Position numbers and translations under genes: made by a program | The notes under the pieces: generated by a model | Database searches by the model: none | Seen by the model: the letters and a program-made list of their open reading frames with translations, nothing else | Told to the model about the DNA's origin: nothing | Shown here: piece after piece, positions 38,275 through 49,156 of the stretch | How the letters are laid out: each line of letters begins with the position of its first letter | Position numbering within the stretch: position 1 is the stretch's first letter | Assembly (NCBI GenBank): GCA_964540995.1 | Contig: CAZIOU010000003.1 | Location: 576-64,575 of the forward strand | Source: an uncultured Gammaproteobacteria bacterium | GTDB taxonomy: Bacteria; Patescibacteriota; Patescibacteriia; UBA1558; 2-01-FULL-52-15 | Length of the DNA stretch: 64,000 nt | Direction: 5' to 3'

Positions 38275-39368
38275 ATGATGCGGGGTAATAACGGATTGAG
38301 GCGAGTAGTCACTTCATAGTTAATCGTTGCAGACCATTTGGCTAGATCATCAACTGTGATCAGTTCTTTACCATCACGACCAATCAGGGTGACGATGTCA
38401 TCAACCTTAATCTGATGCTTGGCGGGTAATGCTATCATCATGACATTCATACAAATCCTGCCCACGACTGGATAGCGCTGGCCTTTGATCAGCACTGTGG
38501 CATTATTGCTGAAGCGTCGATCGAAACCATCATAGTAACCAACCGGAATGGTGGCGATGAAGCTGTCCTTAGTCACTCGATAACTTTGGCCATAGCCAAC
38601 GGTGTCCCCGCGTTTGACGGCTTTGACTTGCAACACTTTGGTCTTCCATGACAGTACAGGCTTGAGTACTCCTCCCCGCTTCTGATCATGATAGGGTTCT
38701 AAGCCATACAGACCCAAGCCTAAACGTAAGCCTTGAACTTGATACGATGGTTGGCGCAAGACAGCGGCAGTACAAGCAATGTGATTGAGTGGGAAAATGA
38801 TATTGTCTTTGTGTAATTCATGAATGACACGTAGGAAGCGTTGAAACTGCAGATGAGTGAAATCTTGCTGGCGATTCTCGCTGTCAGCAAAATGACTAAA
38901 GATGCCTTGGATTTGTAAATTTTTTAACTTAACGATTTGTTCGATACCACCGACAGCTTGACGGTAATCGATACCGAGTCGACGCGTACCAACATCAACT
39001 TTGATCTGGGTTGACACTTTGACCCCCAGCGAATTCAAGTATTGAGCGTCGGCTAGGTCTTTGATCGGCAAGGTAATCTTGGCTCGAGCAGCGGCACGTA
39101 ATTCTGATTTCGATCGAGGCCAGAAGCCCAAAATTAAGATTGGCTTAGTTGTTTGTTTCCTGATAGCTAGTGCTTCTGATAATTCAAAGACAACAAATCC
39201 GTCTACCAACTTGTTTCGCTTGAGGCTAGAGACAATTTCCGCTTGCCCATGACCGTAGGCGTTACCTTTGACTACGGCGAAAAGTTTGGTCTGGGGATTG
39301 AGCAAACGACGAAAATAACGAACGTTGTGTTCGAGATTGCTGCGGGAGATTTCGAGCCAGCTGGTCAT
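38265..39368 (-). CDS. alr: alanine racemase
   Basis: PLP site 'AVVKGNAYGHG' and C-terminal barrel motifs. Confidence 0.9.
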   Translation of the reverse strand: MTSWLEISRSNLEHNVRYFRRLLNPQTKLFAVVKGNAYGHGQAEIVSSLKRNKLVDGFVVFELSEALAIRKQTTKPILILGFWPRSKSELRAAARAKITLPIKDLADAQYLNSLGVKVSTQIKVDVGTRRLGIDYRQAVGGIEQIVKLKNLQIQGIFSHFADSENRQQDFTHLQFQRFLRVIHELHKDNIIFPLNHIACTAAVLRQPSYQVQGLRLGLGLYGLEPYHDQKRGGVLKPVLSWKTKVLQVKAVKRGDTVGYGQSYRVTKDSFIATIPVGYYDGFDRRFSNNATVLIKGQRYPVVGRICMNVMMIALPAKHQIKVDDIVTLIGRDGKELITVDDLAKWSATINYEVTTRLNPLLPRIICS

Positions 39369-39456
39369 CGTTAGTTATTAGTTACATGTTACTAGTTATT
39401 AGGGAAGAGCTAATGAATCAATCTGACCCTAATAACTAATACCTAATAACTGCTCG
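39369..39456. repeat. TTATTAGTTATTAGGG / CCCTAATAACTAATA inverted-repeat spacer
   Basis: Arms at 39373-39400 and 39428-39452. Related copies at 45715-45755 and 55130-55200. Confidence 0.6.
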
Positions 39457-40731
39457 CTATTTAATGACTTTCTTCCCCACAAATGGCTGTAGGACATCCG
39501 GTACAACGATCGATCCGTCCGCTTGCTGATAGTTCTCGAGGATGGCGATCAAGATACGCGGTGAGGCCACCACGGTGTTATTCAAGGTATAAGGATAGAT
39601 GTTTTCGCCCTTGTCATTCTTGTAGCGTAGATTGAGTCGGCGACTCTGCCAATCGGTCAGGAAGGATAGTGAATGAGTCTCACCGTAGGCATTGCGACTG
39701 GGCATCCAGGTTTCAATATCGTACATTTTGTATTTACCAGCACCCATATCACCGGTACAGATGTGGAGCAGACGATGTGGTAAACCAAGCTCTTGGAGTA
39801 ATTCTACTGCGTAGCCGAGCATCTCTTGGAAGTACTTCTCCCCGACTTTGAGATCAGCTTCGCAAACTACGACTTGTTCAATTTTGAAAAACTCATGTAC
39901 GCGGTACAGGCCTTTGGTATCTTTGCCATAGCTGCCAACTTCGCGGCGATAGCATTGAGAAATACCACAATACTTCAAAGGTAATTCTTTGGCTGTTAAC
40001 AGTTCATCGGCACGATAGGCTAAGAGTGAGGGTTCGCTCGTGCCGGCTAAATATTTATTTTCTTTCTCATTCTGCTCACTGGTTTCATAGATTTCTTCTC
40101 GGCCAGCAGGGAAATGTCCGCTACCGGTGAGCGCCATTTCTTTGACCATGGTTGGAGTAAACATCGGGGTGAAGCCAGCTTTGACCATTTTTTGGATAGC
40201 CAGACTGATCAAGCCCCAATGCATCAAAGCCAATTCATTTTTCAAGAAATACCCGCGGAAACCAGCAACCTTCACTCCTCGATCGAAGTCTAGTAGGTCA
40301 TGAGCCAAACCTAATTCGATGTGATCTTTGATAGGGAAATCAAAATTTTTCGGTTCACCATTTTTCTGAATCTCGACATTGCTATGTTCATCAGCACCAA
40401 CAGGCGTATCTTCAGCGTAGACATTGGGTACCAGCAGCATCAGGTTAGTGTATTCGATTTCAATTTCATCGAAATGTTTCTGCAATACTTCTAACTTCGA
40501 TTTGATCTTCTTGCCCAATTCGATTAGTTCCTGATCAGGTTTGCCCTTCTGTCCGCTAATGGTAAAAGCATTGGCCTTCTTCTCTTGATTAAGCTGTTCT
40601 ATTTGACGCATCAGGTCACTACGCTGTTCGTGCAAAGCCAAGAGACGATCTAGATCGACCTGACTATTTTTGTTCTTGATAGCCAAGAGAACTTGTTCTT
40701 TGTTGGCTTGGATGAATTTGATGTCAAGCAT
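39457..40731 (-). CDS. serS: serine--tRNA ligase
   Basis: N-terminal coiled-coil; class II motifs 'FRREVGSYGKDTKGLYRVHEF', 'GETHSLSFLTD..RR'. Confidence 0.95.
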   Translation of the reverse strand: MLDIKFIQANKEQVLLAIKNKNSQVDLDRLLALHEQRSDLMRQIEQLNQEKKANAFTISGQKGKPDQELIELGKKIKSKLEVLQKHFDEIEIEYTNLMLLVPNVYAEDTPVGADEHSNVEIQKNGEPKNFDFPIKDHIELGLAHDLLDFDRGVKVAGFRGYFLKNELALMHWGLISLAIQKMVKAGFTPMFTPTMVKEMALTGSGHFPAGREEIYETSEQNEKENKYLAGTSEPSLLAYRADELLTAKELPLKYCGISQCYRREVGSYGKDTKGLYRVHEFFKIEQVVVCEADLKVGEKYFQEMLGYAVELLQELGLPHRLLHICTGDMGAGKYKMYDIETWMPSRNAYGETHSLSFLTDWQSRRLNLRYKNDKGENIYPYTLNNTVVASPRILIAILENYQQADGSIVVPDVLQPFVGKKVIK

Positions 40732-40734
40732 AGG

Positions 40735-40798
40735 AGTCAGTATTAAGTATAGTATTAAGTATAATGTATTAAGTATGATGTATTAAGTATGATGTATG
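40735..40798. repeat. tandem repeat of about 13 bp (GTATTAAGTAT unit, about 5 copies)
   Basis: AGTATTAAGTATAGTATTAAGTATAATGTATTAAGTATGATGTATTAAGTATGATGTATG directly upstream of the serS start. Confidence 0.7.
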
Positions 40799-41170
40799 TC
40801 AGGCTTTGAGCGTTCTGATAAGACCATTGATGAGTTTATGGGTCGTTATAATTCCTTGATCAAGCAGATCATATTCGGGTTTTGTTATCTGGTTAATATC
40901 ATGACAGATATAAATTTGACTTTGAAGTTCCGTTAATGATCCGAGTGCGATAGCTAAGAGTTGAATTTTGTCTTTCTTACCCCTACGAGAAAACGATTCT
41001 GCAATATTGGAAGTGACTGATACAGTTGCACGTCGCATCTGCGATGTTAGTCCGAATCGTTCAGTGTCAGGAAAAGTCGATGTTATGCGATAAATGCGAT
41101 TTACAATTTTGGCTGCTTCTTGCCAAGCGTACAAATCTTTGAATGACGTTATCTTCTGATTGGCGCACAT
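40799..41170 (-). CDS. four-helix-bundle protein (family formerly called 23S rRNA intervening-sequence protein)
   Basis: 'FKDLYAWQEAAKIVNRIYRIT..FP..ERFGLTSQMRRATVSVTSNIAE' is typical of the family. Confidence 0.8.
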   Translation of the reverse strand: MCANQKITSFKDLYAWQEAAKIVNRIYRITSTFPDTERFGLTSQMRRATVSVTSNIAESFSRRGKKDKIQLLAIALGSLTELQSQIYICHDINQITKPEYDLLDQGIITTHKLINGLIRTLKA

Positions 41171-41216
41171 TATACTTCATACTTTCTACATAATACTATT
41201 CCCTGTTAACTAGTAA

Positions 41217-41870
41217 TTACTTAATAATAATTGACTCAATTTTGTCTCCCTGCTGAATTTTATTGACGATGTCCTGTCCAGCAGTGACTTGGCCAAAGAT
41301 GGTGTGTTTGTCATTTAACCATTCAGTTGGTACGTGAGTAATGAAAAATTGTGAACCGTTAGTAGCGGGGCCAGAATTGGCCATAGCGAGGACGCCTGGT
41401 TTATCGAAACGCAAGGCAGCGTTAAACTCATCTTCAAATTGATAACCAGGGCCGCCAGTGCCAGCGATGGGTAAGCGCTTAGGATTATTGTTGGAGTCGT
41501 AGACGAAATCTTTACCCGCTTCGCCCTTGGCTTGCGGGTCACCAGTCTGAATCATGAAATCAGCGATCACGCGATGAAAATAGATGCCGTTGTAGAATTT
41601 CTCGTTAGCTAATTTGATGAAGTTGGCTACGGCCTTGGGAGCTTCGTTACCGTACAATTCGACAGTGATGTCACCTTTGTTAGTCTTGATAGTCGCAGTA
41701 TTGGTCATGGTTGGCTTAGGCAAATTATTAGTTGGTTGATTGGTGTTGGCATTGATGGTGGCTAGTCCACCGGAAGGATTGTAGTCATCATTGGAAGTAA
41801 CTGGCTTAGATGGTGTACATCCAGTAAGCGCGATGAGCGCGATGAACGATAGTGTTAAGTATTTGTACAT
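41217..41870 (-). CDS. cyclophilin-type peptidyl-prolyl isomerase lipoprotein
   Basis: Lipobox 'ALTGCT'; '[15 protein letters not shown]', '[13 protein letters not shown]'. Confidence 0.9.
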   Translation of the reverse strand: MYKYLTLSFIALIALTGCTPSKPVTSNDDYNPSGGLATINANTNQPTNNLPKPTMTNTATIKTNKGDITVELYGNEAPKAVANFIKLANEKFYNGIYFHRVIADFMIQTGDPQAKGEAGKDFVYDSNNNPKRLPIAGTGGPGYQFEDEFNAALRFDKPGVLAMANSGPATNGSQFFITHVPTEWLNDKHTIFGQVTAGQDIVNKIQQGDKIESIIIK

Positions 41871-41871
41871 G

Positions 41872-43461
41872 TTATGTAGTGACTTCTTGGAGTCGAGTTA
41901 ATAATAAGGTTCGAGGCAAAACACTCAAGAACCAACCGGCTTTAGGGCCGCTGGTAGCATTGAGGAATGATTTGTAAATTGCTTCAAATAACTCTTTGGG
42001 TTCTATGCCTTGTGTTTCTTTGATCTCGTGTAACTTGGTATGGAAATCTTGGCCATTGAGATTATCATTGGCTTGGATATAGTGCAGGATTTCGATCAGA
42101 GCTTTCTTCTGTGATGTTGTTAAGCTCCGAGCTAGTTCTGGTACCGAATCAGTAAAGATAGTGAGGCGGAATTTGTCTGGTGAATAGGTATCCAGCCAAC
42201 GCCGAGCATAATCAGCACGATAGGTGACTTCATTTTTGTCCGCTGCAGTCAAAGCCTCACCCTTCATCTTGGCGGTTTCAACTTGCAGATCAATATGTGG
42301 CATCTGTGACAAGTAAGCGATCAAGCTGAAACGCGGTAAGAATCGTGGTTGTAATTTATCAGTCTGCGAAGGTGTGTGCGTTAACAGAAATAATCGCTGA
42401 TGATCTTCATGTGATTTAGCCCAATAATCAACCGCCAAAGTATCGTAGAAGTCATAGAGAACAGGAATGGTGTCACCATCCGGTTGGAAATCAATCTCAT
42501 GCTGTGGCTTGGCGCGCAGCATCAGCAAACGAGTCATTTCAGGTGGCAGCAAATCAGAGATGTCTTTGGCGGTCGAGCCGAGGCCTTTGGACGAGGACAT
42601 TTTCTTGCCACCCACTACCAAGAAGTTATAAGGAATATCGAAAGGATTATGATAGCCGAATATTTCCTTGGCAATCAGACTCGAGACTTCGCGAGAGCCA
42701 CCTTTGGTCGCATGATCTTTGCCTGCTCCTTCGATGTCAACGCCAATAATTTTCCATTTAGCTGCCCACTCAACTTTCCATGGTAATTTACCTTTGCCGT
42801 CGAAGGGCGAAACCTTACCTTCATGGCCACAACCTTGTGCCCATTTGACTAAGTCTGGTTCACACCGATAGGTAACGACAGCGCCGTCCCAATCTATGGC
42901 TTTGGTGGTACCAATCTTCTGACACTGTTCACAAACCAATTGTACTGGCAGCCACTCCTCACCCTTGTCAGAACCAGAGACTCGTTTGTAGATGTCGCGA
43001 ATCTTCTCGGCATTATCCAGAGCCAGACGAATCGTTTCGTTAAATTTACCTTCTAAGTATAAGGTGCTAGCGCGATACAACTCTGGCTCGAAGCCGGTAG
43101 TCTTCACTACTTTGACAAATTCATCAGCCACGTATTCGGCGAAATTAGGAAAAGCTGGATCAGGCGATGGTACGTCTTTGAGGGTGCGTCCCATGTAAGG
43201 ACGATAGACTTTCTCATCTAAATAATGAGGCAGACCGTCGAATGGATCGAAATCATTAATTTCAAATAAATACCGGCTAGCAATATTTCGCTCCTTCAGT
43301 ATCTGATCAATAATACCGTGAATCACCACTCCTCTTAGAGAGCCCACATGTACTCTACCGGACATTGTCTTCTCATCGCGGATAATTAAAGGCTGACCGC
43401 TTTTAATTTTGTCGGCCAGCTTAGCTTGGATTTCGTCGACTATTTTATCGCCCCAAAACAT
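41872..43461 (-). CDS. lysK: lysine--tRNA ligase, class I
   Basis: '[12 protein letters not shown]' (archaeal-type LysRS HIGH region) and exact 'KMSSSKG'. Confidence 0.8.
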   Translation of the reverse strand: MFWGDKIVDEIQAKLADKIKSGQPLIIRDEKTMSGRVHVGSLRGVVIHGIIDQILKERNIASRYLFEINDFDPFDGLPHYLDEKVYRPYMGRTLKDVPSPDPAFPNFAEYVADEFVKVVKTTGFEPELYRASTLYLEGKFNETIRLALDNAEKIRDIYKRVSGSDKGEEWLPVQLVCEQCQKIGTTKAIDWDGAVVTYRCEPDLVKWAQGCGHEGKVSPFDGKGKLPWKVEWAAKWKIIGVDIEGAGKDHATKGGSREVSSLIAKEIFGYHNPFDIPYNFLVVGGKKMSSSKGLGSTAKDISDLLPPEMTRLLMLRAKPQHEIDFQPDGDTIPVLYDFYDTLAVDYWAKSHEDHQRLFLLTHTPSQTDKLQPRFLPRFSLIAYLSQMPHIDLQVETAKMKGEALTAADKNEVTYRADYARRWLDTYSPDKFRLTIFTDSVPELARSLTTSQKKALIEILHYIQANDNLNGQDFHTKLHEIKETQGIEPKELFEAIYKSFLNATSGPKAGWFLSVLPRTLLLTRLQEVTT

Positions 43462-43634
43462 AAAGTAGGTTATTAGGTTGTAGTCAGGTAGTAATTAGGG
43501 AATTTTAGCTAAATTGGGCTATTTTAGCAAGGATACTTGACAAAATCATGTAAAAATGCCAATATACTCAATTACACGTGCGATCTACGCCGTGTTAGTT
43601 CCTGAACAATTTGTACTCATTGGTTGCCTAGGGG

Positions 43635-44231
43635 GTGTCAGTGGAACTTGCCAAAGCGCTGGCCTTCGTGGCCACTGGATTTCAGTTGTGGGCCTTCTGG
43701 CTCTACAACCGTAAGATGATCGTTGATCAGCAAAATCCTAACACATCGACCTGGCTTCTGTGGGCAGTACTGACGATTCTCAATTTCACCAGCTACAGCA
43801 TTGCTAGTGGTGATATCTGGAAAAGTCTCCTGCCAATGGCCACTTCTTTCGCCTGTATCGGAACTTGTATCTTCGCCCTCCGGCGAGGCAAGTTCAAGAA
43901 GTTGTCTGGTCTCACGGACATGTTAGTCATCATTGTTGGATTGACGGCGGCGATCGTCTGGAAAGTCTACCAATCTGCCGCCTTGGGGAATGTCACATTG
44001 CAATTAGCAATTGTGATTTCCTTCATACCAACCTTCCGTGATGTACTCATCAAGGATGAAAATCCACTACCCTGGTTACTCTGGGGTGTGGCCTATGCGT
44101 TCCTACTGATCGTCGTCATCCTGCGTTGGCAACATCAGCCATGGGATCTGGTATATCCCTTGGTTGGAGTCACTTTTCACCTGGCCGTTGCATTGCTAAG
44201 CAGAGCGCGCCGTAGCCAAAAGGAGCGGTAA
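43635..44231 (+). CDS. polytopic membrane protein (tandem paralog 1)
   Basis: 6-7 TM helices, GTG start after AGGGGGTG. Confidence 0.5.
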   Translation: MSVELAKALAFVATGFQLWAFWLYNRKMIVDQQNPNTSTWLLWAVLTILNFTSYSIASGDIWKSLLPMATSFACIGTCIFALRRGKFKKLSGLTDMLVIIVGLTAAIVWKVYQSAALGNVTLQLAIVISFIPTFRDVLIKDENPLPWLLWGVAYAFLLIVVILRWQHQPWDLVYPLVGVTFHLAVALLSRARRSQKER

Positions 44232-44232
44232 C

Positions 44233-44820
44233 ATGAACAGCTTTCGGCAGATCTTGTCATTGGCCTCGGCGATTGTCTTTCTGATTGCCTTCGTGCCCTA
44301 TATCGTGGCCATCGTACGCCGCCAGAGTACGCCACCGTTCTTTACTTGGGCACTGTGGGCAGCGCTCGACATCGTCACTTTGGTAGCGATGATTAGTCAG
44401 GGCGCTTCACACATTTGGCTGTTCGTAGCTGCGATCTTCGGTGCTTCCACGGTTGCGTTGCTGGCGCTGAAGTACGGCGAGCGCAGTTTTAGTCGGGTTA
44501 ACATTTCCTGCAGTGTACTCGTCACGATTGCCATCATCTGCAAGATCAGTGGCGCTGGCATGATGTCGCTGGCGGCAGGATTGGTTGGTCTGATAATCGC
44601 CGGTATCCCTATGGTCGTTAATGCGTGGAAGGACCCGACTAGCGAGGATCGGAATAGTTGGATCTTGTTCGCCATTTCCAGCTGGATGGCCATGGCAGCA
44701 GCTAACCTGGATATATTGGGTGATATGCTGCCTCCTTTGACCTTTCTTCTCATCGATTCTCTGATATTGGCTATCGTTCTTTTTCGCCCGAAACGGGCCA
44801 ACGTCATCGTGAACGTTTAA
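44233..44820 (+). CDS. polytopic membrane protein (tandem paralog 2)
   Basis: Similar topology and N-terminal pattern to the upstream gene. Confidence 0.5.
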   Translation: MNSFRQILSLASAIVFLIAFVPYIVAIVRRQSTPPFFTWALWAALDIVTLVAMISQGASHIWLFVAAIFGASTVALLALKYGERSFSRVNISCSVLVTIAIICKISGAGMMSLAAGLVGLIIAGIPMVVNAWKDPTSEDRNSWILFAISSWMAMAAANLDILGDMLPPLTFLLIDSLILAIVLFRPKRANVIVNV

Positions 44821-44834
44821 TCAAGAAATTATAC

Positions 44835-44870
44835 AGGCCTCCCTTCAAAAGGAGGCCTGTTTCTTTTTAT
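44835..44870 (+). terminator. rho-independent terminator
   Basis: CAGGCCTCC-CTTCAAAA-GGAGGCCTG followed by TTTCTTTTT. Confidence 0.75.
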
Positions 44871-44936
44871 CCACAAGTACGCTAGGGTAGCTAAGACACG
44901 GGTTCTTGTTCTTTCTACCTACTGAAATGCGGAGGT

Positions 44937-45623
44937 TTGTCCATGAAACGGCTTATTACTGCCATTGTGGTGCTGTTGAGTATTCTTGTGCCCAGTTTAG
45001 CCTATTCGCTGGAATGGGCGGGTTCAGAGCCGACTATTGGTTTCAACTATCGTATTCCTGTCTACACTTCATGGGGACTTCAGGCTTCGGGTGAGCTTCG
45101 GGCAATTCCGTCTTCTGATAAAGTTTATCAGTCCTTGAGTCTGGGTGGCGGTTGGTATTGTGGCAACCGCTGGTACTATATCACCATCGGTGGCATCAGG
45201 AACTGGTTTGCTGAAGGCAACGAAGCGATGACATGGGGTTTAGTCGCCGGAACTTCTACCAGTAACGGTAACATTTGGGCCGAAGCGGACGCTCACTTCA
45301 TTGAGAGCAAGGGCTTCCCGCATCAGTATTACGGCCGTTACAGGTTTGTCAGGCTTTTTCATCCGCTGATGCTGACGGCAAATGTCGAACAGCGTAATCT
45401 CAACGAGATTCGCATCGGCCCTGGTATTGGGATATATTCCCGCGATGGTTTCTCGCTCATAGGCAAGTGGCTGGTCTGGCGCGATCTTGATACGGTCAAA
45501 ACGCCGCCCATGCATAGCGTACGGATTGAAGTTATGTGGTACTTCCCCTTGCCGGGAGAGGACGCCAAGAGACAGGCGGGTTACTCGACATATCTCGGTC
45601 AACCTCCACTTCCTCCGAAGTAG
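44937..45623 (+). CDS. secreted hypothetical protein (signal peptide, beta-rich)
   Basis: SD GCGGAGG; signal peptide MKRLITAIVVLLSILVPSLAYS. Confidence 0.5.
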   Translation: MSMKRLITAIVVLLSILVPSLAYSLEWAGSEPTIGFNYRIPVYTSWGLQASGELRAIPSSDKVYQSLSLGGGWYCGNRWYYITIGGIRNWFAEGNEAMTWGLVAGTSTSNGNIWAEADAHFIESKGFPHQYYGRYRFVRLFHPLMLTANVEQRNLNEIRIGPGIGIYSRDGFSLIGKWLVWRDLDTVKTPPMHSVRIEVMWYFPLPGEDAKRQAGYSTYLGQPPLPPK

Positions 45624-45624
45624 T

Positions 45625-45668
45625 GACCAAAACAGCGGGCGTTTCCACATCGTGGAAACGCCCGCTTT
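45625..45668. terminator. hairpin terminator
   Basis: AGCGGGCGTTTCCAC-ATC-GTGGAAACGCCCGCT followed by TTAAAAT. Confidence 0.7.
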
Positions 45669-45834
45669 AAAATAGAAGAAAGTAGAATGTAGAAAGAAGT
45701 AAGGGAAAGAAGCTAGAGTTTGCCCTTCCCTAATAACTAATAACGAATGACGAATATCAATTCAACCAGCTAGATTGCTTCCCTCATTGTCATGGTTCTA
45801 CAAGCTCACCATGACAATTCGGTCGCAATGACAG

Positions 45835-46641
45835 TTAGGAATGCGGATTCTGCTTACCGCGATATTTCATCCAGTATTTATAGAAACTTTTGATATGTTC
45901 ACGACTGGAGCGGTGAAAGACGCTTTGCAACACTCCATTATCGGCTGATTCACGTTTGTGATAATGAGTAAATTCAGCATCAGCCACGTACCAGACTTGA
46001 TAACCAGCTTCCCAGAAACGTCGACACCAATCAGTATCTTCGAGGTATAAGAAAAAATTCTCGTCCAAAAGACCAACTCTGATCAAAGCTTCTTTGCGTA
46101 CGATCAGTGTGGCTCCCACCAACCAATCAATGGCGCGGTTAGACCGGTGATCCCACTCGCGATAGAAATAATGATCTAACCACTTGCGGCCATAAGTAGT
46201 ATCTTTGAGTGCCGTGCGTCGGAAGAACGGTAGCAATAAGCTAGGCCAGCGCGAACAGGATTCTTGCAGTTCACCATTGGGATGTACCAGACGCGGTCCA
46301 GCGATGCCGACGTTGGTATTGCGATCCATGAAATCAACCAAACGCTCGATCTCTTCTGCTCGGCGGATGGTGATATCGGGGTTGATGATGAGAATATATT
46401 TTCCTTGGGCTCGATTGATGCCGAGATTATTACCGGCAGCGTAGCCTCGATTGGCATCGGACGTGAGGAAGGTGACGCTCGGATAGTCTGGGCCCAATTC
46501 AGCAGCTAGGTTGTCTCCAGATGCATTGTCCACGACAATAATTTCCATTTCCAATGATGGTTTGAGAGACAACAAATTCTTCAGTTGGTATTTGACCAGC
46601 TGGGCAGTCTGATAGTTGACGATGATGATGGAGAGGGTCAT
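45835..46641 (-). CDS. family-2 glycosyltransferase
   Basis: 'LSIIIVNYQ', 'VVDNASGD', 'DAEF'. Confidence 0.85.
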   Translation of the reverse strand: MTLSIIIVNYQTAQLVKYQLKNLLSLKPSLEMEIIVVDNASGDNLAAELGPDYPSVTFLTSDANRGYAAGNNLGINRAQGKYILIINPDITIRRAEEIERLVDFMDRNTNVGIAGPRLVHPNGELQESCSRWPSLLLPFFRRTALKDTTYGRKWLDHYFYREWDHRSNRAIDWLVGATLIVRKEALIRVGLLDENFFLYLEDTDWCRRFWEAGYQVWYVADAEFTHYHKRESADNGVLQSVFHRSSREHIKSFYKYWMKYRGKQNPHS

Positions 46642-46740
46642 GAAGATTGGGGCTGGGGACTCGTTACTCGCGACTCGGACGGGCGCGTCTTCCCCTAGTA
46701 GCGAGTAACGAGTACCTAGTACCCTTGTTATCTAAACCAC
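46641..46740. repeat. palindromic MITE-like element, copy A (intergenic)
   Basis: GGGGCTGGGGACTCGTTACTCGCGACTCGGACGGGCGCGTCTTCCCCTAGTAGCGAGTAACGAGTACCTAGTACC. Its reverse complement matches 52090-52215. Confidence 0.7.
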
Positions 46741-47732
46741 GAAGCGAAATCGCTCGGCTTAATACTAATTAATTTACGGATATATTTGCGCTTATACACC
46801 AGTTTAGGTCGTAAGCGCCAATACTCGACTAATCCGGTAATACTAGATCCATCGACAAAAAGCAAGTACAGCCACTTGGCTAATTCATAGACCAGCATCC
46901 GTGGGAAAAATCTAATGGTCAGCGAAGAGAAACTGTTTTTCTTAATCATGGCCAGATGATTACGGTAAGACAATAGATTGATCAGCTTACGGCCGCGGCG
47001 TTCGTGTTGGCGATTCTTCTCCTGATTGCTGATCGTACGATCATGATAGGCAGCGATATCAGCCAAGACATAGTGCTCCCAGCCATTGAGGCGGAGTCGC
47101 CAAGCCAGGTCAACATCTTCTTTGTAGGCGAAGAAATCCTCGTCAAAATATTCGTATAAGTCAGGACTATTCTTCTTGGGGATTTTGGTGGCTTCCAGCG
47201 CCTGCCGGCGATACAGTACTGCCACTGCGCTCAAGCCAAAGACCTGTCCCGACTGATAGGTCTCGCTGTCGGGTAAGGTCTGATAGCGGTCGGCGACATG
47301 ATAGCGCTGGTAAATCTCCAAACCAAAAGAATCAATACTATCTGTCAGCTCGGAATTGGCGAAGTCCCAGCGTAATAATTTACCGCTGACAGAGGCAACT
47401 TCAGGATGTTGATCTAAGAATGCAACCAGACGTGAGACGTAGTTCTCTGGTAGCAAGACATCAGGATTGAGCACCAAGATATAGTCACTGTCAGACCAAT
47501 TGATAATAGCGTTATGCGCGCGGGAGAAACCGATGTTATGTCGCTGCTCCAATAACTTGCAGTTAATAGCCACCTCACGGATAGCAGCCAAGGTTCCGTC
47601 AGTTGATTCATTATCTAAAATAAACAACTGCCAATCTTTAAAGTCCTGCTTAGCAATAGCCGGCAAGACATAAGGCATATATTTCTCACTGTTGTAGGTA
47701 ACCAAACTAATGGCTACTTTGGGTTTTGTCAT
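46728..47732 (-). CDS. family-2 glycosyltransferase
   Basis: 'VAISLVTYN', 'ILDNESTDGT'. Confidence 0.85.
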   Translation of the reverse strand: MTKPKVAISLVTYNSEKYMPYVLPAIAKQDFKDWQLFILDNESTDGTLAAIREVAINCKLLEQRHNIGFSRAHNAIINWSDSDYILVLNPDVLLPENYVSRLVAFLDQHPEVASVSGKLLRWDFANSELTDSIDSFGLEIYQRYHVADRYQTLPDSETYQSGQVFGLSAVAVLYRRQALEATKIPKKNSPDLYEYFDEDFFAYKEDVDLAWRLRLNGWEHYVLADIAAYHDRTISNQEKNRQHERRGRKLINLLSYRNHLAMIKKNSFSSLTIRFFPRMLVYELAKWLYLLFVDGSSITGLVEYWRLRPKLVYKRKYIRKLISIKPSDFASWFR

Positions 47733-49155
47733 GATAGAGATATAACCAGACTAAGATCAGATAGCCGAGACCCAAGGGGTGGTTGAGATACGGCGTCAGA
47801 GCATGGGTCAGACTGATGAAGAGTAAACTGCTGCCGGCCAGGAGTAGCCCTGTCTGATGACGCTCCACTCCTCGACGCCAACAGAGCCATAAGAGATAAA
47901 CGATCAGGCTAAACCAAGTCAGCCAACCAAGGATACCAAATTTGAAAGCAAAATCCAGCCACCCAAGTTCAAAGGCATAAGTAGTATAAGTTCCATCGGG
48001 ATTAGCCAGATTTCTAATGCGCGGATCCTGATTGATATAGGTTAACGTACTACCGAAGCCAGCACCGGTTATCCAATTGGTTTCTATACCACGAATCAAG
48101 ACTGGTAATAAATTGGCACGGGAAGAAGCTGCTGCTTCGCCTCCGGACAGTCGCCGAGCAAAAGCTGCAGCTACGTTAGCGTCTACCGGTGGGACGAAGA
48201 GTAATCCCAGTGTCAAAACAGCTGACGACAGAACAAGGCAGATTATCAGACCGATTCGTTTCCAAGATAGTTGTAATCTTCTGGCTATAAGTGGAATGGT
48301 GATAATCACCGTTCCGATCAGGGCTACTCCGAAGCTGCGTGACAAACTGATCAGGATGGCTGATCCGATGACGGTGAGTAGTAACCAATTCTTCTTGGTG
48401 AAACGTACACTGGCATCGAGTGACAGTAGTAGCAGACCCATTAACCAGATAATGACCAGATAGAGTTGCGACTGGAAAAATACTCGCCAGACATTACCGG
48501 TGACGAAGGTTAATTCCCCCACCTTGGTATCGCGTACCCAGAGATAGAGATAAGCAATATTGGCCCAAGGGTAGGCATGAGCGAAAATATGAAAGATGGC
48601 CAACGCCTTGAGACTGACGATCAGTACCGCCGCAACTGCGATAGCAGCAACTTTCTTCCAATCAATCGTCGGGATGAGATTAAGCCAGACCAACCAGTAG
48701 CCGAGATAGAGATAGTTATTGGCGTCGAAGAACATAGTAGCTAAACTGTTGTGACGCAGCAGTCCCACGGTAATCGCAAGGGCTAAGAAAAATACCACAG
48801 CGCCATACCAGCGTGCTAATGGCTGTGACCAGCTTATTTTACGCAGGCTGCTAATAATCGAAGGCAAACTAACCAAGAAGATAATGACAAACAGTAATAA
48901 GCGTAGCGATACTTCCGCTCCACCGAAAGTCCAGTAAAATGATTTACCGAGTGAACCCCAGACCAATTCTGCTAGTGGCAGATACAAGGCCCAGCGACGA
49001 TCACGGTGAAGTAGCCAGATGGTAGCTCCGGTGATCGCTAGTAATAGTAACCAGTTGAGCCACGACAAGGTATAGGCAGCCAGTGATAGTACTTCGGCGA
49101 TAACCAGTAGCAAGGCAGTGATTTGGAACCAATGATAATTGAGATAGCGAGACAT
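47707..49155 (-). CDS. O-antigen ligase/polymerase-like (Wzy/WaaL family) membrane protein
   Basis: About 12 TM helices and a large periplasmic loop, sited inside a glycan locus. Confidence 0.6.
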   Translation of the reverse strand: MSRYLNYHWFQITALLLVIAEVLSLAAYTLSWLNWLLLLAITGATIWLLHRDRRWALYLPLAELVWGSLGKSFYWTFGGAEVSLRLLLFVIIFLVSLPSIISSLRKISWSQPLARWYGAVVFFLALAITVGLLRHNSLATMFFDANNYLYLGYWLVWLNLIPTIDWKKVAAIAVAAVLIVSLKALAIFHIFAHAYPWANIAYLYLWVRDTKVGELTFVTGNVWRVFFQSQLYLVIIWLMGLLLLSLDASVRFTKKNWLLLTVIGSAILISLSRSFGVALIGTVIITIPLIARRLQLSWKRIGLIICLVLSSAVLTLGLLFVPPVDANVAAAFARRLSGGEAAASSRANLLPVLIRGIETNWITGAGFGSTLTYINQDPRIRNLANPDGTYTTYAFELGWLDFAFKFGILGWLTWFSLIVYLLWLCWRRGVERHQTGLLLAGSSLLFISLTHALTPYLNHPLGLGYLILVWLYLYHDKTQSSH

Positions 49156-49156
49156 A